Origin: a virus
Lineage: Duplodnaviria > Heunggongvirae > Uroviricota > Caudoviricetes
DNA length: 38,174 bases
Strand: one strand, 5' to 3'
Virus record (IMG/VR): IMGVR_UViG_2531839455_000003
Part shown: positions 37,182 to 38,174 of the stretch, in pieces
Layout of the letters: every line of letters begins with the position of its first letter
Position numbering within the stretch: position 1 is the stretch's first letter
Made by a program: the position numbers and the translations under genes
Notes under the pieces: generated by a model
Database searches by the model: none
The model's input: only the letters and a program-made list of their open reading frames with translations
What the model was told of the DNA's origin: nothing

Positions 37182-38174
37182 ATGTCGATTAAGCAACTCA
37201 AAGACGGACGTTATCAGGTCGATGTCAGACCGCAGGGGGCGGAAGGAAAGCGGATTCGAAAAATCTTTGCCCTGAAATCAAAGGCTCAGGAGTTTGAGAA
37301 GTATGTGTTACAGAACTTTCATGACAAGCCATGGCAGGCTAAGCCAGCTGATCAGCGGCGATTATCAGAGCTGCTTGATGCGTGGTGGATGCTTGATGGG
37401 CGTAATCAGGCTTACGGGGATAGCTACAGGGTTAGGCTAGGGAAGGTTGTTCGTGAAATGGGAGATCCTCGCGCCAGTCAGATGACGCGAAAATTTATGC
37501 TTGAATATCGGTCAGAGAAATTACAGGCCGGATTAATGCCGTCCAGTATTAATCGTGACTTATGCGTACTGTCTACCATGTTCACGGTGCTGATTGAAGC
37601 TGAGGTCTTTCACAACGCGAACCCTGTACGCGGTATACGAAAACTGAAAGTTCAGAACACAGAGATGGCCTTTCTTTCTGATGATGAGATTGAACGGCTT
37701 CTTGAACGACTGGAGGGTGATGCGCGTCGTGTTGCCATTCTGTGTCTTTCTACTGGTGCCCGATGGAGTGAAGCATCGGAACTACGTGGAGAGCATATCG
37801 TTGGCAACCGGGTGACGTTCTTTAACACCAAAAACGGAAAATCCCGTTCGGTTCCTGTGGCGGATTCGGTCGTGCCTCTGATTAAAACCCGTCGAACGGG
37901 GTTATTGTATCAGGTTGATTATCTGAAGTTCCGGGAGATTCTTCAGGAGGTGAAACCGGATTTGCCGAAGGGGCAGGCTACGCATGTCATGCGTCATACA
38001 TTTGCCACACACTTTATGATGAATGGCGGAAATATTGTTACGTTGCAACGAATCCTGGGGCACGCAACGATTCAGCAAACAATGACGTACGCTCATTTTT
38101 CGCCGGACTTTTTACAGGACGCGATCAACTTTAATCCGCTGGCTGAAAGTGTCCATAAACTGTCCATCGATTAG
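37182..38174 (+). CDS. int: tyrosine recombinase / phage integrase
   Basis: C-terminal catalytic region HVMRHTFATHFMMNGGNIVTLQRILGHATIQQTMTYAHF; ATG 37182 with SD GGAGGGG (6-nt spacer); stop TAG at the last three bases of the window. Confidence 0.93.
   Translation: MSIKQLKDGRYQVDVRPQGAEGKRIRKIFALKSKAQEFEKYVLQNFHDKPWQAKPADQRRLSELLDAWWMLDGRNQAYGDSYRVRLGKVVREMGDPRASQMTRKFMLEYRSEKLQAGLMPSSINRDLCVLSTMFTVLIEAEVFHNANPVRGIRKLKVQNTEMAFLSDDEIERLLERLEGDARRVAILCLSTGARWSEASELRGEHIVGNRVTFFNTKNGKSRSVPVADSVVPLIKTRRTGLLYQVDYLKFREILQEVKPDLPKGQATHVMRHTFATHFMMNGGNIVTLQRILGHATIQQTMTYAHFSPDFLQDAINFNPLAESVHKLSID

Larger units (their letters stand above)
1513..38174. mobile_element. P2-like (Peduovirus-type) prophage, right end truncated by the window; left boundary only approximate
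   Basis: Colinear set of P2 homologues: ogr, D, FI, FII, E/E', T, U, H, I, J, W, V, S, R, lysis genes, X, L, M, N, O, P, Q, A, C-like repressor, int. Exact attR not identified. Confidence 0.9.

Overview
The window holds the complete housekeeping gene serS (1..1293, E. coli-like) followed by a nearly complete P2-like prophage that runs from the serS-proximal junction (about 1.5 kb) to a tyrosine integrase at the window end (38174); the far attachment site lies outside the window. Synteny is P2-like: ogr and D (minus strand); the tail operon FI-FII-E/E'-T-U (plus strand); a frameshifted Pin/Gin-family DNA invertase beside a ~3.1 kb invertible tail-fibre segment bounded by two gix-like 26-bp sites; then H, I, J, W, V, S, R, spanins, endolysin, holin, X, L, M, N, O (minus strand); terminase P and portal Q (plus strand); a cargo locus; replication gene A and early genes; and a C-like repressor plus int. 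The most interesting region is the AT-rich three-gene operon at 25724..28251, sitting where P2 carries tin/old between portal/cos and gene A. It encodes a protein with GHKL (Bergerat-fold) ATPase-like motifs, a small protein with a STAS-like serine loop, and a membrane protein; I propose it as a candidate, possibly undescribed, anti-phage module. Other points worth a second look are the reversed orientation of the FI-U block relative to D/ogr, the single-base frameshift in the invertase, an SPFH lipoprotein pair, and a second AT-rich mini-island in the early region. All calls come from reading the sequence and ORF translations by eye; no database search was run.
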